The position numbers and the translations under genes were made by a program. From NCBI RefSeq assembly GCF_009914755.1, contig NC_060932.1: a DNA stretch of 64,000 nt; one strand, given 5' to 3'. Within the stretch, counting starts at the first letter, position 1, and every line of letters starts with the position of its first letter. Below are positions 20,690 through 40,375 of the stretch, piece after piece. Below the pieces are notes generated by a model, which worked only from the letters and a program-made list of their open reading frames with translations, made no database searches and was not told the origin of the DNA. This stretch comes from the human T2T-CHM13v2.0 reference genome, Homo sapiens.

Positions 20690-21539
20690 CTAGCGGTGAT
20701 GGTGACACAGGGTTACGGAGGAATCCTCACTCAGATGCATTTGGACGTCTTTGTGGGGAAATGACGTGGCGCCTGGGATGTACTTTACGATTCTAATAAA
20801 GAGGAGAAAGACACAACAGTATTGGCTGAATGTTGACAGCTGTTGAAGCCGGGAGGTTGGTGTGCTTGAAAGTTCCCCAAATCTTTTATTTGCAGCATGA
20901 GTATGAGTTTCTTCGTGCTCACGGAAGATTGTAGAGAGCAGCTGTCGGTCATGGAGTCACAGGGCTGCCTTACCAGGACACCACCGGCAGCCCCACAGAC
21001 AACACAGGTTTATTCTCTCCAGCTCTGCAGGCTGGAAGTCCGAGGTAGAGGTGCCAACAGGGTCCGTTTCCGGCGAGCGCCTCCTGGTTCAGAGGCATCC
21101 TCATGTCAGGAGGGGCTTTGGTGTCACCTTTTCCTTGTGAGGGCCCGGATCCCATGACCCCTATCACCCCATTGAAGCCAAATCACCTCCCAGAGACCTC
21201 CTCATACCATCACGTCGGGCCTAGGGCTTCCACATGGGAATTTCAGAGTGACCATTCAGCCCGTAGCAGAAGCTCCTCTGGGTCTGTCCTGGCCCACAGA
21301 CCCTGTGTAGGAAAAGCACTTGCCCCTGCGGGGCAGGCCCTGGCAGAGCCCGGTGAGGCAGTGAGGGCCCTGCAGGATAAGTGGAAATCTCCCCAGGGGG
21401 GATATGGGGGTGCCTTTCTCTTACAGAGTCCAGGCTGGTAAAAGCGCATGTGTGTTTCGTGTCTGGTTTGTCCCCTGCCCAGCGGGCGCCGTTGGAAGGG
21501 CCTTCAGGTGCTTGAGCACAGGTGGGGACGGAGCAGCTG

Positions 21540-22815
21540 GTGTCTCGGCAGTAGATGCGGCGGATCATAAGGACTTGGGTTTTGAGCGCCCTGCAGGAAG
21601 CCACTGGCCGCGTCCAGGGTCACCTGTGCCTGGTCGTTAGTCCCTCACAATGCTGTCACTTTGTGACGCTCTTGTGCAGGATTAAATGTGAACAGCAGAG
21701 ACGTGGGTGATGCGCTGCCTCGTCAGATGATGGTCAGTTGTCCAAGCGGGCTGCCTTGCTCTTGGTGGCCTCATCATCCAGGGCTCACACACTGGATGGT
21801 TGGGCCACAGTCGCGGTACCCCCCGGGCTGCAGGCTTTCCACCCTGCTTAGCAGGGCTCCAGGGCTCCGGGTAGAGCAGGGGGTCCCTCCCTTGGCACTT
21901 CCCCAGGGAGGAGCACGACCGTGCTCAGCTGCGGTCAGGCTGCTGCTCTTAGCTGTCTTTCCTTCTAACACTCAGGCTTCCCTTCCTGCCTCCTGGGTCG
22001 CTGAAGAAGGTCAGGTCCACAGAAAAGGCCTGGGGAGAGAATGGTGGTGAGGAGCCCATGGGGGTGTGAGGGGCCGGGAGGCTCTGCATCTTGCCCTGTT
22101 GGCCTCCTCACCACCCAGGCGGGGGTGGGGTGACAGAAGGGGCTCACAGCAGGTGTCCCGTAAGGAGCATCTTCCTTCCTGGGGCCAGCAGCCGTCACTC
22201 CCTGTGAGCCTGTAGAGCCGAGTTTTCTCTGCATTTATCTTGGGCAGAGAATGCATGAAGCTACTTCGCGGCCAGAATGGGTGCACAGCAGGGTCCGTTG
22301 ACAGCCATGCCTGTGACCTAGCCTTCCACCCCTCTGTCTCCAGGGGACACTTGCCTGGCCTTTGTGTTAGCGCTCAGCACACATGTGTCCAGTGTAAAGT
22401 CCACCAAGATTAGCAGGGCATGGTAGCTGCCGCCTGTAATCCCAGCTTCTCAGGAGTCTGAGGCAGGAGAATTGCTTGAACCTGGGAGGCGGAGGTTGTA
22501 GTGAGCCAAGATCGTGCCTCTGCACTCCAGCCTGGGCGACAGAGTGAGACTCCATCTCAAAAAAAAAAAAGTCCGTCGAGAGAGCAGGTGGCGGATGCAG
22601 CTGAGAGCTCCAGGAATGGGAGGGCCACGTGGTAGCCACTGGCAGCCTTGACTGAAAGATGAAGGAGTCCATGGTGCTAGGAGGAGGAGTTGCATCCCAG
22701 CAGGCTCAGCTCCTGGAGCTGCCTCTCTGCACTCTGAAGGGAGGCCCAGTGGCTGCAATATTCTTCTTTGGGAAGTACAATGCCAAGTAAATAAAGATAT
22801 TTGGGGTCATTCTAG
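21540..22815 (+). ncRNA. BREA2: Probable lncRNA BREA2 locus (boundaries approximate)
   Basis: Position just downstream of ZNF707 as recalled for this locus; acceptor-like TTGTGCAG/G at ~21679 and AATAAA at 22790-22795; no convincing protein. Confidence 0.4.
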
Positions 22816-25491
22816 TTACAACGTATCATAAACTCTACTCACTGTTGTTCTGGGTGTTCATGGGGTCCGCCGTGCGTACCAGTCTTACAGGTCCTCAAAC
22901 CCATCGGGACCCTTCAAACGAAGAGTGTGCGTGTGGAGTTGGCAGAACCTGACCCGGGCCAGGGTGGAGGGACAGCTGCGTCACTGAGTGCATGTCCAGC
23001 CCTAATAGCTCGCTTCGTTGTGTTTGTATCTGTGACCTCTTGGGAGCTAAATCACAGGCCCACCAAACGAAACGTTTTGGGGAATGTGAAATGGGTGGGT
23101 TTTGAGCTGGTCCCCAGTGTGAGCTTAATGTTGGAGCCATATTGGATTTTAAAACTTCAGAGGCTCCTTTTCCCGGGGCCAACCATCCTATGTAAAATTC
23201 GAGGGCCGATGGTGGAAGCCTGGAGTCCGGTTACAGTGGTAACTCCATGAGGGGAGACCAGCTGTCATGCACCTGAGCACCCAGAATCACTCACACTCCC
23301 CACTCCTCCCCTCCCCACACGTGCACACTTAGGAAGTGTGGCAGCCTGACTGCAGGAGAGCCATGATACCACACACAATCCAAACAAAGGCAGAGCAGCC
23401 CCGCCTTAGGACAGGTGAGCCTGTGGCCTGCACACCCATTGCCACAGCTGGAGGGCTGTGTCCTTTCCACAGAGGGGTCGGCCAGCCTCGTCTTCTGATC
23501 ACACTACTTCAAAGGTGCTCAGTCCACTCACCCCACCTCCAGCTGCAGTGTCTCCACCGGGGACCACGACCACCATGTCCATGTTCAAGCAATTCTCTGC
23601 CTCAGCCTCCCAAGTAGCTGGGATTACAGGCACCCGCCACCACGCCCAGCTGATTTTTGTGTTTTCAGTAGAGACGGGGTTTCACCATCTTGGCCAGGCT
23701 GGTCTTGAACTCCTGACCTCGTGATCCACCCGTCTCGGCCTCCCAAAGTGCTGGGATTACAGGGATGAGCCACTGTGCCCAGCCACCTCAGGGCCTTTTT
23801 GCAACTCCGGATGTGGGAGATGACAAAACCACCATGCAAAGAGGGGAAAGGGCGGAAACAATTTATTTGAAAAGGAATAAGGAAAGTGAGTGACTAGTTA
23901 AAATTTCAGTATTTGGACACTGCTGAACAGATGTCGGGTGGATCCAGCAGCCGGGGAGCTGTGGTGGGCTGTACGGCGGCCGCCGAGCAGTAGGACACGG
24001 TCTCCATCGCCCATCACCTTCCTTGGGGTTTACTCAGCAACTCGGCTGGCCGCGGCCCTGGAGCCGCATGCCTGAGCATCTAAGGATTTCCTAAAGGGGC
24101 CTGAGGTCTGTCACCTGGACACGTGGCGAGAGACAGGGAGTGACCCTCTCAGATGACTTACAGGTTGGGAGAGGAGAGATGTCTGAAGGGAAATACACCA
24201 AGTCTTTTGTGGCAACTCAACGAAACTGATGGCTTCTGCCTTGTTCTTCAGGGCAGGTCCTCCTGGCCAAATCTGTTCAGCGTGCAGATGCAGACCTAGT
24301 CCTACTCTCTTCCTGATTCCATCTCTCCCTTTAATCCCATAGATAAAATCCAGCCCTAGGCTGGGCGCGGTGGCTCACGCCTGTAATCCCAGCACTTTGG
24401 GAGGCTGAGGCAAGCGGATCACTTGAGGTCAGGAGCTTGAGACCAGCCTAGCAAACATGGTAAAACCCCATCTCTACTAAAAATACAAAAGTTAGCCAGG
24501 GGTGGTGGTGGACGCCTGTTGTCCCAGCTACTCGGGAGGCTGAAAATGCACTTCTCCAATCCCCCTTCGGCTGCCCTTCCTGGTAGGTGCTGAGTGTTGC
24601 TGGCCACAGCCCTCAGGGGCCGCCACCTTTGCTTTGACCTTCGCTGACGCAGATGTCTGTTCCAAGGTTATGCCCCTTCCTGGGGCCACATCCAGGAACT
24701 AGTAGATGGAGGGGTGCTAACGCCTGGCCCCGTGGCTCCTCTCTCAAGGACCATCCAGCTGCAGACCCCCACACAAGCCCTGCCACGCCTGCATGGAACT
24801 CGCCTCTCTCTGCACAAGCTCCCCACAGCAAACCCCCTGCTGAGTGGCCCGGGGTTGGCCCTGGGTGTCTGGCCCCACAGCACAGCGGATCAGACCTTCC
24901 ACTTGGGGCCCAGAACACCCAGGCTCACGTCCTCTTCCTTGCTCGAGTACTGCCCTGTCCTGTCCATACACAGCCAAATCCCCTCGCCGTGGATCCCCGG
25001 GGTTCTGATTGGTCTGATGTGAAGAGAGATGTTCTCTTGCCAGAAGGGGTGGAATGCAGTTGGGGTTCCCTTGGCCAATACATCAGGCAACTTTTGTCTA
25101 CAAAAGAGAGCTAAGTGCACGTTATTTTAGTGAAGTTTATTCCGAGTTACAATTCACACAGGCCTTCTGCTCTCCAGGAAATACAGCACAAAGGGTAAAG
25201 CCCCCTTACTGCCCCTACTCCTGTGGAATGAGCTTTCCTGATGGTGGAGTGTGTCCACTGTGAAAGCTGCCGCTACCAACATGGAGTCGGGGTAGCCCTG
25301 AAGTCCTCAGATACAGAGGCCTGTGACAGGACGCAGCCCAAGACACTCCTGCACGGAGACGGTTCCAGGACCCACAGGGCGCCCTCAGGGTTGCCTACCC
25401 CAGACGGACGCTTGCCCAGCAGTGACTGTCTCAGCCCACGCACTAATTCCAGCTCCTGTAACAGACTCCTGTAAAAGACCCTTGGCTTTGA

Positions 25492-25968
<477 letters not shown>

Positions 25969-26249
25969 TGACACAACAAATACTTGTCCAACACCTGTGT
26001 AGGCACAAACCTGCGTGTGTGTGCTCCTCATCGTGTGGAGTCGTCCTGTGCGCCCCGCATGTGCTTCTTCATTCCGTCTGTGTGCGCTCTTTCCAGCAAC
26101 CGCATGCTGTCCCATGAATGTGTCCTGTGGAAGGAACAGCCTGCAATCCCAGCGTTTTGGTGCTGTGAATTCCGCCGCAGTGAATGTCTTTGCTCTTACA
26201 TCTGTGTGCACACGTGCCTGTATCCCCGCTCTTGCGTCTGTGTGCACCT

Positions 26250-26695
26250 GGGCCTTGCCAGGTTCCTGCAGCTGCTGTAACAGGACACCCCAGACCAGGT
26301 GGCTTCAGACAACAGAAATGAATTCTCTCAGTTCTGGGGGCCTGATGTCCACAATCCAGGCATCAGCAGGGCTGTGCTCCCTCTGAAACCTGTAGGGGAA
26401 GGATCCTCCCTTGCTTCTTCCAGTTTTGAGTGTTGCCAGCAGTTCCTGGCAGTTCTTGGCATGTAGAAAATCACTCCAATCTCTGCCTCTGTTGGCACAC
26501 GCGTTCTCCCTGTGTCTCTGTCTTCATGTGACCAGCTTCTCATAAGGACACCAGTTACATTGGATTAGGGCCTACCCGCATGACCCCAGCTAATGACATC
26601 TGCAACAACCTCATCTCCAAATACAGTCATGTTCTGAGGTACTGGGGGTTAGGGCTTGAACGTAAATTTTTCAGGGGACTCTGCAACCCACAACA
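26250..26695 (-). mobile_element. MaLR LTR (MLT1-type)
   Basis: CAACAGAAATGAATTCTCTCAGTTCTGG..GGATTAGGGCC..TTCTGAGGTACTGGGGGTTAGG, MLT1 hallmarks; similar fragments at ~15030-15370 and ~20960-21270. Confidence 0.7.
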
Positions 26696-26924
26696 AAGGT
26701 ACACAATGGATTCCTAGAGGTCGATCTGCTGAGTCAAAGAGCAGGGCTGTTTTAGATTTAATAGCAGCAGCCAGCCAACAAAATCAGGAGCGTTCCACAC
26801 TCCCAGGCTCTGCAATGACACAGGTGCCCTCCACAGCCCCTTACTCTGGGTCTTCCTCATCCTGGCACTGGCTTGACTTGCCCCTCCCCGTTTCCTGGGC
26901 AGCATGGCTGTCTTCAGACACCCA

Positions 26925-27628
26925 TCGGCATTTGTACTTCTTTGGTGTTCGAGTCGTTTCCTGTGTCTTCTGGTTGGTTGTTGGGTCTTTGGTGTTCAAG
27001 TCGTTCGCCTGTGTCTTCTGGTTGGTTGTTGGGTCTTTGGTGTTCAAGTCGTTCGCCTGTGTCTTCTGGTTGGTTGTTGGGTCTTTGGTGTTCAAGTCGT
27101 TCGCCTGTGTCTTCTGGTTGGTTGTTGGGTCTTTGGTGTTCGAGTTGTTTGCCTGTGTTTTCTGGTTGGTTGTTGGGGACATGCATCGGCATTTGTACTT
27201 CTTTAGTGTTCAAGTCATTGCCTGTGTTTTCTGGTTGGTTGTTGGGTCTTTGGTGTTCGAGTCATTTCTTGTGTTTTCTGGTTGGTTGTTGGGTCTTTGG
27301 TGTTCGAGTCGTTTCCTGTGTTTTCTGGTTGGTTGTTGGGTCTTTGGTGTTCGAGTCATTTCTTGTGTTTTCTGGTTGGTTGTTGGGTCTTTGGTGTTCA
27401 AGTCGTTTCCTGTGTTTTCTGGTTGGTTGGTGGGTCTTTGGTGTTCAAGTCGTTTCCTGTGTTTTCTGGTTGGTTGGTGGGTCTTTGGTGTTCGAGTCAT
27501 TTGCCTGTGTTTTCTGGTTAGCTGTTGGGTCTTTGGTGTTCGAGTTGTTTCCTGTGTTTTCTGGTTGGTTGTTGGGTCTTTGGTGTTTGAGTCATTTCCT
27601 GTGTTTTCTGGTTGGTTGTTGGGTCTTT
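26925..27628. repeat. 47-48-bp GT-rich minisatellite (~14 copies)
   Basis: Unit TTGGTGTTC(A/G)AGTCGTT(C/T)(G)CCTGTGT(C/T)TTCTGGTTGGTTGTTGGGTCT. Confidence 0.95.
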
Positions 27629-27794
27629 TCTTATAGCTCCATATAGAGTTGTCCTTCGTCTGTTTTATTTGTTGTAAATATTTTTGCCAAGATTGTCATT
27701 TGTCTTCCAATTTATGGTGTAGTTTACTGTAAGTTTTTCACACTGATTTCCTGTCTTCACAGAAAATCTTTTATGCCCCTGAGTTTTCTTTTCT

Positions 27795-29530
<1,736 letters not shown>

Positions 29531-31016
29531 TCCTAGATTTATCCACTTACAGGTGTGTTTTTAACGTTTGGATCTTTATTCACAAAGAACCAACCTTCCA
29601 GACTGGCTGAGTGAGTGGGCTCCCTATACTTTTTCTAGGGCCCAGCTGTCCCCCTCCCCAACACAGTTCTTGCCCCAGGGCCAGACACCCTTGCTCCAAA
29701 AAGCTACACACACAGCGACAACCCAGCTACACAGACCCTGTGTGTAGGGAGGTGCACGGGGCCCTGCAAGCCGGAGAAGCTGCCCGCCTCGCAGCAGCTG
29801 CACCCACCTCCCTGCCCGCCCGCCTCGGGCGCAGAGCCCCAGCGTTGGCAGCTCCTCGTGAGGGGACAGAGATGGCTCAGGTGGGCCCACCCTGGTCCCT
29901 GGGGGTCCTCAAGCTCCTGGGAGGAGCACCAGGGCCAGGCCCCGGGAGGTGCTGGGGGGGACTGGGGGCACCCACTTGAGACCCCAACAAGGGAACTCAG
30001 GGCCCCGGGGAGAGGGAAGCCCGGGCTGAGCGCCACAGACCTGCTCAGAGGGAGGAGCCGGCCCGCGGGACAAGGGGCAAAGGAGGCCACCACCAACCCG
30101 CAGAGCCGCAGCCGCCTCCACGCACCCCCGGAACCCACGCCTCCCGAACCGGAAGCGCGGCGCCGCTCTAGCCCTGGGCACTCGCTGGTCGCGTCGCGGC
30201 CACGAGGAAGGTTGAGCGCGAGCTGGGCGGGCGTCCCGCGCAGCCCGGAGAGCTGACCCTCCACGGAGGGGCATTTTAATAACCGCCTGTACACATCCAG
30301 ACGCGACAACTAAATGCAACACGTGACCCTGGAAGATGGGGACAGCCACAGAAACACTTGGGACGGGTGACAAAGTTGTGATGTGAGCGACGATGGGGAT
30401 AATATTCCTCCACAGTAAATGTCCTGGTTCTGATCACTGCACTAAAGCATCGTAGGAGAACATCCCTCTGTTCAGGAAATACACACGAAAGTACTTCGGG
30501 GCTCCGGGGCCAGCGTCTCCAACCGCATCTCAAACGGTTCCGAAGCAACGCTCGTGCACAGCGATACACACGGACCAAATTCACGGGCAGCGTCAGCGGC
30601 CGGGCATCCGGATAAAGGGTCCATGGCGGTCCCTGTGCTATTTTTGCAACTTTCTCTAAGTTGGAAAGTATATCAAAGTTTTAAAATTACTGAAAAACTC
30701 CCAGTAGGTTGAACATAAGACATCCCCTTGGCGCGGAGAACAAAGTCTACGCTTTTCCCCCGGGCCTCACCGTAGCGGCCCAGCTGCCAGCTGCCGCTTC
30801 GTCGCACGTCCGCGCCCGCCAGTGCCCGGGCTTGCTCTGAGCCTGCCGGCTCGCGGTAGGGCCCCACTGAGGGCAGGGATGCGGGGTCCCAAAGGGCATT
30901 CAGGGAAAGCAGGCGCTGAGCTCTCTTGCAGCTTGGAAATTGGACGCACGAATGAGTGGCCGGCCGGAAATGCTAGAGCATGCACGCGGGTGTCAGAGCC
31001 GCCTGGGGGCCACGCC

Positions 31017-31022
31017 TTTATT
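31017..31022 (-). terminator. CCDC166: CCDC166 polyadenylation signal
   Basis: TTTATT on + (AATAAA on -) ~80 nt after the stop. Confidence 0.75.
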
Positions 31023-31103
31023 AACCATTGCATTATCCCCGTAAGCGCCCTGCGCGCCTGACTCGCCCACACTAGGGCCTCCTGGGCCTCACTCTCTGCA
31101 GGT

Positions 31104-32591
<1,488 letters not shown>

Positions 32592-33417
32592 TTACCTGGC
32601 CTAAATATTCTAGGCGCCAGGCCCAGAGGTGGGACGCGCCTCGGGGTCACGAGGCTTTTGGGGAGGCAGATCGGGGCTTTGGGTCGCGGGTCAGGGCAGC
32701 TTTGCCAACCTTCACTCGTGGGCTCCCGCTGGACCTTCGCTGTCCGTCTGGGTGCGCCTAACATTAGTAATGTTGCTGCTCGGCGGGCACGGTCTCTATG
32801 GAGACAGAACTTACTCGTCCTCTCCCACCCCCACCCCGTTACTCTGGCGATGGCCGACTCCTTCATTCCGCACAACTCTCTCATCTTGAGTCGCCCGTGA
32901 CTGCTTGTGAATGTGCCCCCAGAGATAGGGCCTGAGCTGACAAAACTGGGCTTCAGACGGACTCCGGACGTGCTTCTGAATCTCACAGACCCCAGAAGCG
33001 CCCTTCGCCTTCGGTTCAGCAACGGGCCTTCTCCCGGGTTGTCCCCCACTTGAAGAGGAGCTTCACCACGTTCCCCCCCGTTTCCCGAGTGAAATCTCTG
33101 TGTTGTCAGGAGGGAGCGCTTCCCTGGAGCATTCGCCTCTTCAGGGACCCTTGCTTTCCCTGAGCATTTCGTGATTCCTTCGGTGAGGCCCCCGTGGGAA
33201 TTGGGGTTCCTGAAGTATGGAGTCCACTGGGCGCCTAGAGAGCGTTTCTCTCTGAAGGTCCTAAGCGCGCGCGTGCGGCACCCGCTCAGCTCATCCGCGG
33301 CTCTGCAGCTGGGTAGCTTCCCTTCCCCGTGTGCCCGGATGGCTGGAGGACATAGGGATCCAAAAAGGGCTGGCTTTTTCTCCTTTTCTGTTGACTTTGT
33401 GGACACAACATCATTAT

Positions 33418-33985
33418 TGAAACCATTCCTATAGACTTTATTAATCAGGGAAGAAGGGAGGCGAGAAAGGAAAACAAACCCAGCTTGCAGCTCGCTCAGC
33501 ATTCATTGTGAGGTCAGCCTGCCTCCCAACTCCTTCCTCAGAGCTGTTTGGTGCCTGTGGCCCCAGAATCACACAGACCCTGTCACAAGATGAGAGGTCC
33601 CCATAACTGCTCTATAGGTAACAACTTAAACATAGTAAAATGTGAGGTTTTCTATTTGACAGGTCCTGCACACCCATGAAGCGACTGACCCAGCTGGTCT
33701 GAAGCACCCCACGAGGAGGTAATGTGCCAAAGAATGCAGGGTACACATCCTGAGGACTTCATCCCCTTTCCCCGGCCAATTGATGACCCCATTTTACAGT
33801 CCGTCACCCGCCACAATCCCTTTAAAAACCCCAGCCCAGAACTCAGGGAGATGGATTTGAAGGTCCCTCCCATCTCCTTGCTCGGTGTCCGGGGATCATG
33901 ACACTTTCTCTGCTGCAAACTCTGCTGTCTTGATGTATTGGTCATTACTGCACAGCAGGCATCACCACCTGTTGGTCCTGTAAGA
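33418..33985 (+). mobile_element. ERV1 LTR (LTR26-like)
   Basis: TGAAACCATTCCTATAGACTTTATTAATCAGGGAAGAAGGGAGG start, LTR-like TTTAAAAACCCCAGCCCAGAACTC box. Confidence 0.6.
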
Positions 33986-34350
33986 TTTGCCTCCGTCTAG
34001 ACCAGCGGTCCCCAGCTCCCGTTCTGTTAGATGCCTCAGGAACAGTGTGTCCAGCAGCCTTTGACACACAACTTAAATCGACCCCTATTTTGTGTTCTGT
34101 CATCATAGAGTTGAGTTTCTGCCCAGTTTGTCCACATTTGCTGGGATGTGGGCAGATTTGAGGATCTTTGTGAGGGACACAGTTTAGAAAACCACATTTG
34201 CACAGAGGTTTGTGGTGGAGGTCGTCTGGTGGCTCATGGACATGGCTGGGCTTGCTCTGATCAGCCAACCTGCCTGAAAGGTGCAGCAGAGCCTTTTAAA
34301 ATTAAGAACACGATTGAGGCATTTTACTCCTTGTAAAAAAATGTATTTTA

Positions 34351-34718
<368 letters not shown>

Positions 34719-35964
34719 CTAAACTGCATCTGAATGTTGGCTTTAATATATGGGCTTTTAATATGAAAATGGTGCCTCTCCTGTCACAGAAAATTGGGAA
34801 AAGACCACATAGAATCATGAGAAAAACATGACCCTGCATCCCTGCATCCCTGCAGCAGGGGCTCAACTGCAGCAGGGAGTCATCTGGGGTGGGGGGCAGG
34901 CTCATGTGTAGGGGTGCTTAATGCCCAGCGTTGCCTCTTCTGGTTCCTTGCCATGGCCACACCCCAGTGCTCTCCACCCTGCTACCCTCAGGCCTTGTGT
35001 GGGGTCACTGTCCCCATTTGACAGATTGAGAAACTGAGGCAGCAATAGGCAGAGGCCTGCTCACATGGGCCAGTCGGGTGCCCCACAGTCTCAGACCCTG
35101 TACCATCCCAGGCCACGCCACGTCCAGGGTCTGGACTGCTCTTTCCCCTACTCCCAGCCCCACTGCACCCGCGCATCTGCCACTGGAGGGTCTCGGTTGC
35201 TCTTGGCCTTTAAATCCCTGGTGAGGTAAGGTTTTTAAGTTTTAAGTCATCCCTGCCTGTGGGTTTCTTGATTTTTCTTTGCTTTAAATCTCACCAATGC
35301 CTCCTCACAGAGAGATCTGGGAGCCTCCTGCTCTCCTCTGTCGAGGCGTCCTGGAGGCTTTCTTCTTCCCAATTCTGCAATTCCCACTTCTGCAACCCCT
35401 GCCTCACCCACCAACTCCATGGAATAGTTGGGGGAGCCCCGACCGCAGCCCTAGTCTAGTGCGGACACTCCTGTCCCTGCAACCACACCCCCACCCCCCC
35501 AGGCCTCTGCCCAGCCCAGCGCTTTAACTTCTGCCCTGACCCGGGTCTGGCTGCCAGCTGCCCAGCTGTGCCTCTGACCAACAGGGATGAGGGGCAGGAG
35601 GAGACCTGGTTTCTGCTGGGGGGCCACGCTGCATGGGGCGATTCTTTGCGGGGAAGTGGGGAGAGCCTGGCCTTGGGGGCGGGCTCAGATGCCTCCCCAG
35701 GATCCCCCAGGCTTTTCTCTCATTGTGTTAGGAAGGCAGGCGGTCTCTGGGGTTCACCAGGTCCTGCACCATCCATGGGGACAGAACTCACTTCCTGTGA
35801 CACACCTCCCACCCTCGGGGGTCTTCCCCCGAGGCCATGCAGGCCTCCTCAAGTGGCATGGTGGTCTTTGTCCCCCCAGGACCTGCAGTCTCACCCCCCT
35901 CAGATACAGGCTGGCAAACTGGAAAGGCCCTGGGAAGAGGGGCACTGTCTGCTCCCTGTGAGGC

Positions 35965-36245
35965 CCTCCCCGCCCACAGCTGGGCCAGCCTCCCTCCTTT
36001 CACCGCCCTCCCCACAGCCCCGAAGCCGGGCCAGCTTCCGTCCTCCCCACCACAGCTGGGCCAGCCTCCCTTCCTGCCCACAGCTGGGCCAGCCTCCCTC
36101 GTTTCACCGCCTGCCCCACCGCCCCAAAGCCGGGCCAGCCTCCCTCCTCCCCACCACAGCTGGGCCAGCCTCCTCCGGACCCTCACCACAGCCAGGCCAG
36201 CCTCCCTTCCCACCCCTCCGACGCCAGGCCAGCCTCCCTCCTGCC
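35965..36245. repeat. Degenerate C-rich tandem repeat (core CCCACAGCTGGGCCAGCCTCCC)
   Basis: ~8 imperfect copies. Confidence 0.8.
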
Positions 36246-37640
36246 CCCCAGCCCCTTATGCTGGGCCCTGCTGGGGACCCTGAAGGCTGCAGCACAGGGC
36301 CACCTTGGGTCTGCTCCTGGGGCTTGTGGGCTCCCACAGTCTCCCCAGGTGGCCCCGCCCACCGTGCCCCTGTCTTCCCGCCCCTACTGCTTTGCATGTC
36401 CTGCCTGATTCATCTCCTGAGACTGGGGTGAGCCCTGCACTGAGCGTAGCCACGGGGGTGGGGCTGTGTGCCTGGCACACCGAGTGTAGCCCTCCCAGCA
36501 GCCTCTGTTCCCATTTCACAGATGGAGAAACCGAGGCAAGGTGAGTTGTCCAAAGCCCCCTGGAACTGCTGGGGCTGTGACTTGGACCTGTGAGGGGTTC
36601 CTCCCACTTCTCTGCACTCCCTCTGGTGGGGTCCCCTCCCCCAAGCTGCCCTGTGCCCCGGGACCAGGACATGGCCAGTGCATGTGCCAGGGCTGCCCGC
36701 CCACCCGGCAAGGCCAGCTCCACCTGTGGAGTTGAGGATGGGCTGAGCCCACTTGCAAGCCCAGGACCCATGGGGCAGCTCCACCCTGTGCACCTTGTCC
36801 CTTGTGCAGCAGCTCAGAGCTGGTGGTGACAGCCAAGGGGGCAAAGGGGACGACTGACCACAAGTGAGGCCCAGTGGAGCTGCCCACCCCGTGTATCCTT
36901 TGGTTGGGGTCAGGTGCTGGGGCCCCAGTCCTCTTTGTTTCAGCACCCTGGGCCCAACCTGAACCTGTCCTCTGCCCCATATCCCTGGCAGGCCTCCCTG
37001 CACCCCCACCCACTGGGGCTGGCTTAGGCAAGGGTGTTTGAGACAAAGACCCTGCCCCCATGGCCAGGTACCTCAGAACCCAGGCCAGATCCACACAAGG
37101 CTCTCGGTCAGTCCCAGATGGAAGCTCCAGTCCCAGGCCGTGACATGCATCAGCTCCCACACCCAGGATTGTCCCAGAGAAAGCGCTCTGCCCTCCCCGT
37201 CCACAGCACCACGAGGGCCATAACTGCACTGCCACACCTCTCCAGGTATGAGCATGAGGCCCGATCCAGCAGGCCCTGACCAGGTCATTCCTGATCATCC
37301 CTAACCAGGGCAGTGGGGGGCTGGGGTGTGGTCCAGGTGGGCCTGCATGGGGCCCCTTGGGAGTCACCTACCTCTGTGAGGAAGAGGATGGCCAAAGGAG
37401 GGTGTCCAGGGTCCAGAGCCCCTACACAGGCTTCAGTGATGACACCTGCACCCAGTTCCAGAGACATCCCTGAGAGGCAGCCATCAGGGGTGCCCAGCTG
37501 AGGACACGCCTCCTTGGGGACCCTCATTCCTGAGTCCATGCCTCCAGATTCACGATCTCAGAGACAACCACATCCGCAACTGGCACGTGTCCCCACCGAA
37601 GGGGCTCAAGTAAGTGACTGGAGTGACCAGGGTGGATGGG

Positions 37641-37865
37641 CCTGGAGTACCTGGGTCTATAGCCCACGCCCGGAGCAGGAAATGGGGGAGACCTGGGGTA
37701 CCTGGGTCTGTAGCCCACACCCAGAGCAGGAAATAGGGGAGACCTGGGGTACCTGAGTCTGTAGCCCACATCCAGAGCAGGAGAGAGGGGAGACCTGGAG
37801 TACCTGTACCTGTACCTCAGCTACAGTATCTGAGTCTGTAGCCCACATCTGAAGCAGGAGAGAGG
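37641..37865. repeat. 51-bp tandem repeat (3 full + partial copies)
   Basis: CCTGG(A/G)GTACCTG(G/A)GTCTGTAGCCCAC..AGCAGGA repeats starting at 37641, 37692, 37743, 37794. Confidence 0.88.
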
Positions 37866-38367
37866 AGAGGGCCATTTTGGAGTCCACCAGGTAGCCCCAG
37901 TAGGACAGGGAGAGGCTGTGTATGAGATGGGATGGGTGGTGGGCCATGGCTGTGACACTGGAGGGGACAGGGCGGGGATACCTTCTCAGACTATGACACT
38001 CAGAGGCAAGGTAGGATCTCGGCCCACACAACAGCACACGGATGGTGCCCTTATGGGAGAGAGCGGGGCCATGCATGGGGCCTGTGACAGCTTGGGAGGT
38101 GGGGGCCAGGGGAGTTTGGTTTCCTGGGTTACGGAATGCTGGGTGTGTGTGAAGTAGGAGGCACCAGCCACACTGTTTCACCAGGGGCTGTGATCTGGGC
38201 CCCACCCTTGTGACTCTGGGGCTTCTGGATGATGACCTCTCCCCAGACCTCACCCATGATTTCCCCGTGGATTGGTTAAAAATTCAATGCAAGGTCCAGG
38301 TCAATAATGCACCCAAAATAAAGCTGAAAGTTACAACCGCATGCAACAAAACTTATTGTGACTTAGC

Positions 38368-40375
<2,008 letters not shown>

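Noticed and set aside
21688-22050. 120-aa ORF in the BREA2 region
   Set aside because: Non-ATG start in the track, low-complexity composition, probably repeat-derived; treated as non-coding
26656-27646. 326-aa and 257-aa hydrophobic, membrane-protein-like ORFs
   Set aside because: Pure translation of the GT-rich 47/48-bp minisatellite; periodic, no splice or promoter context
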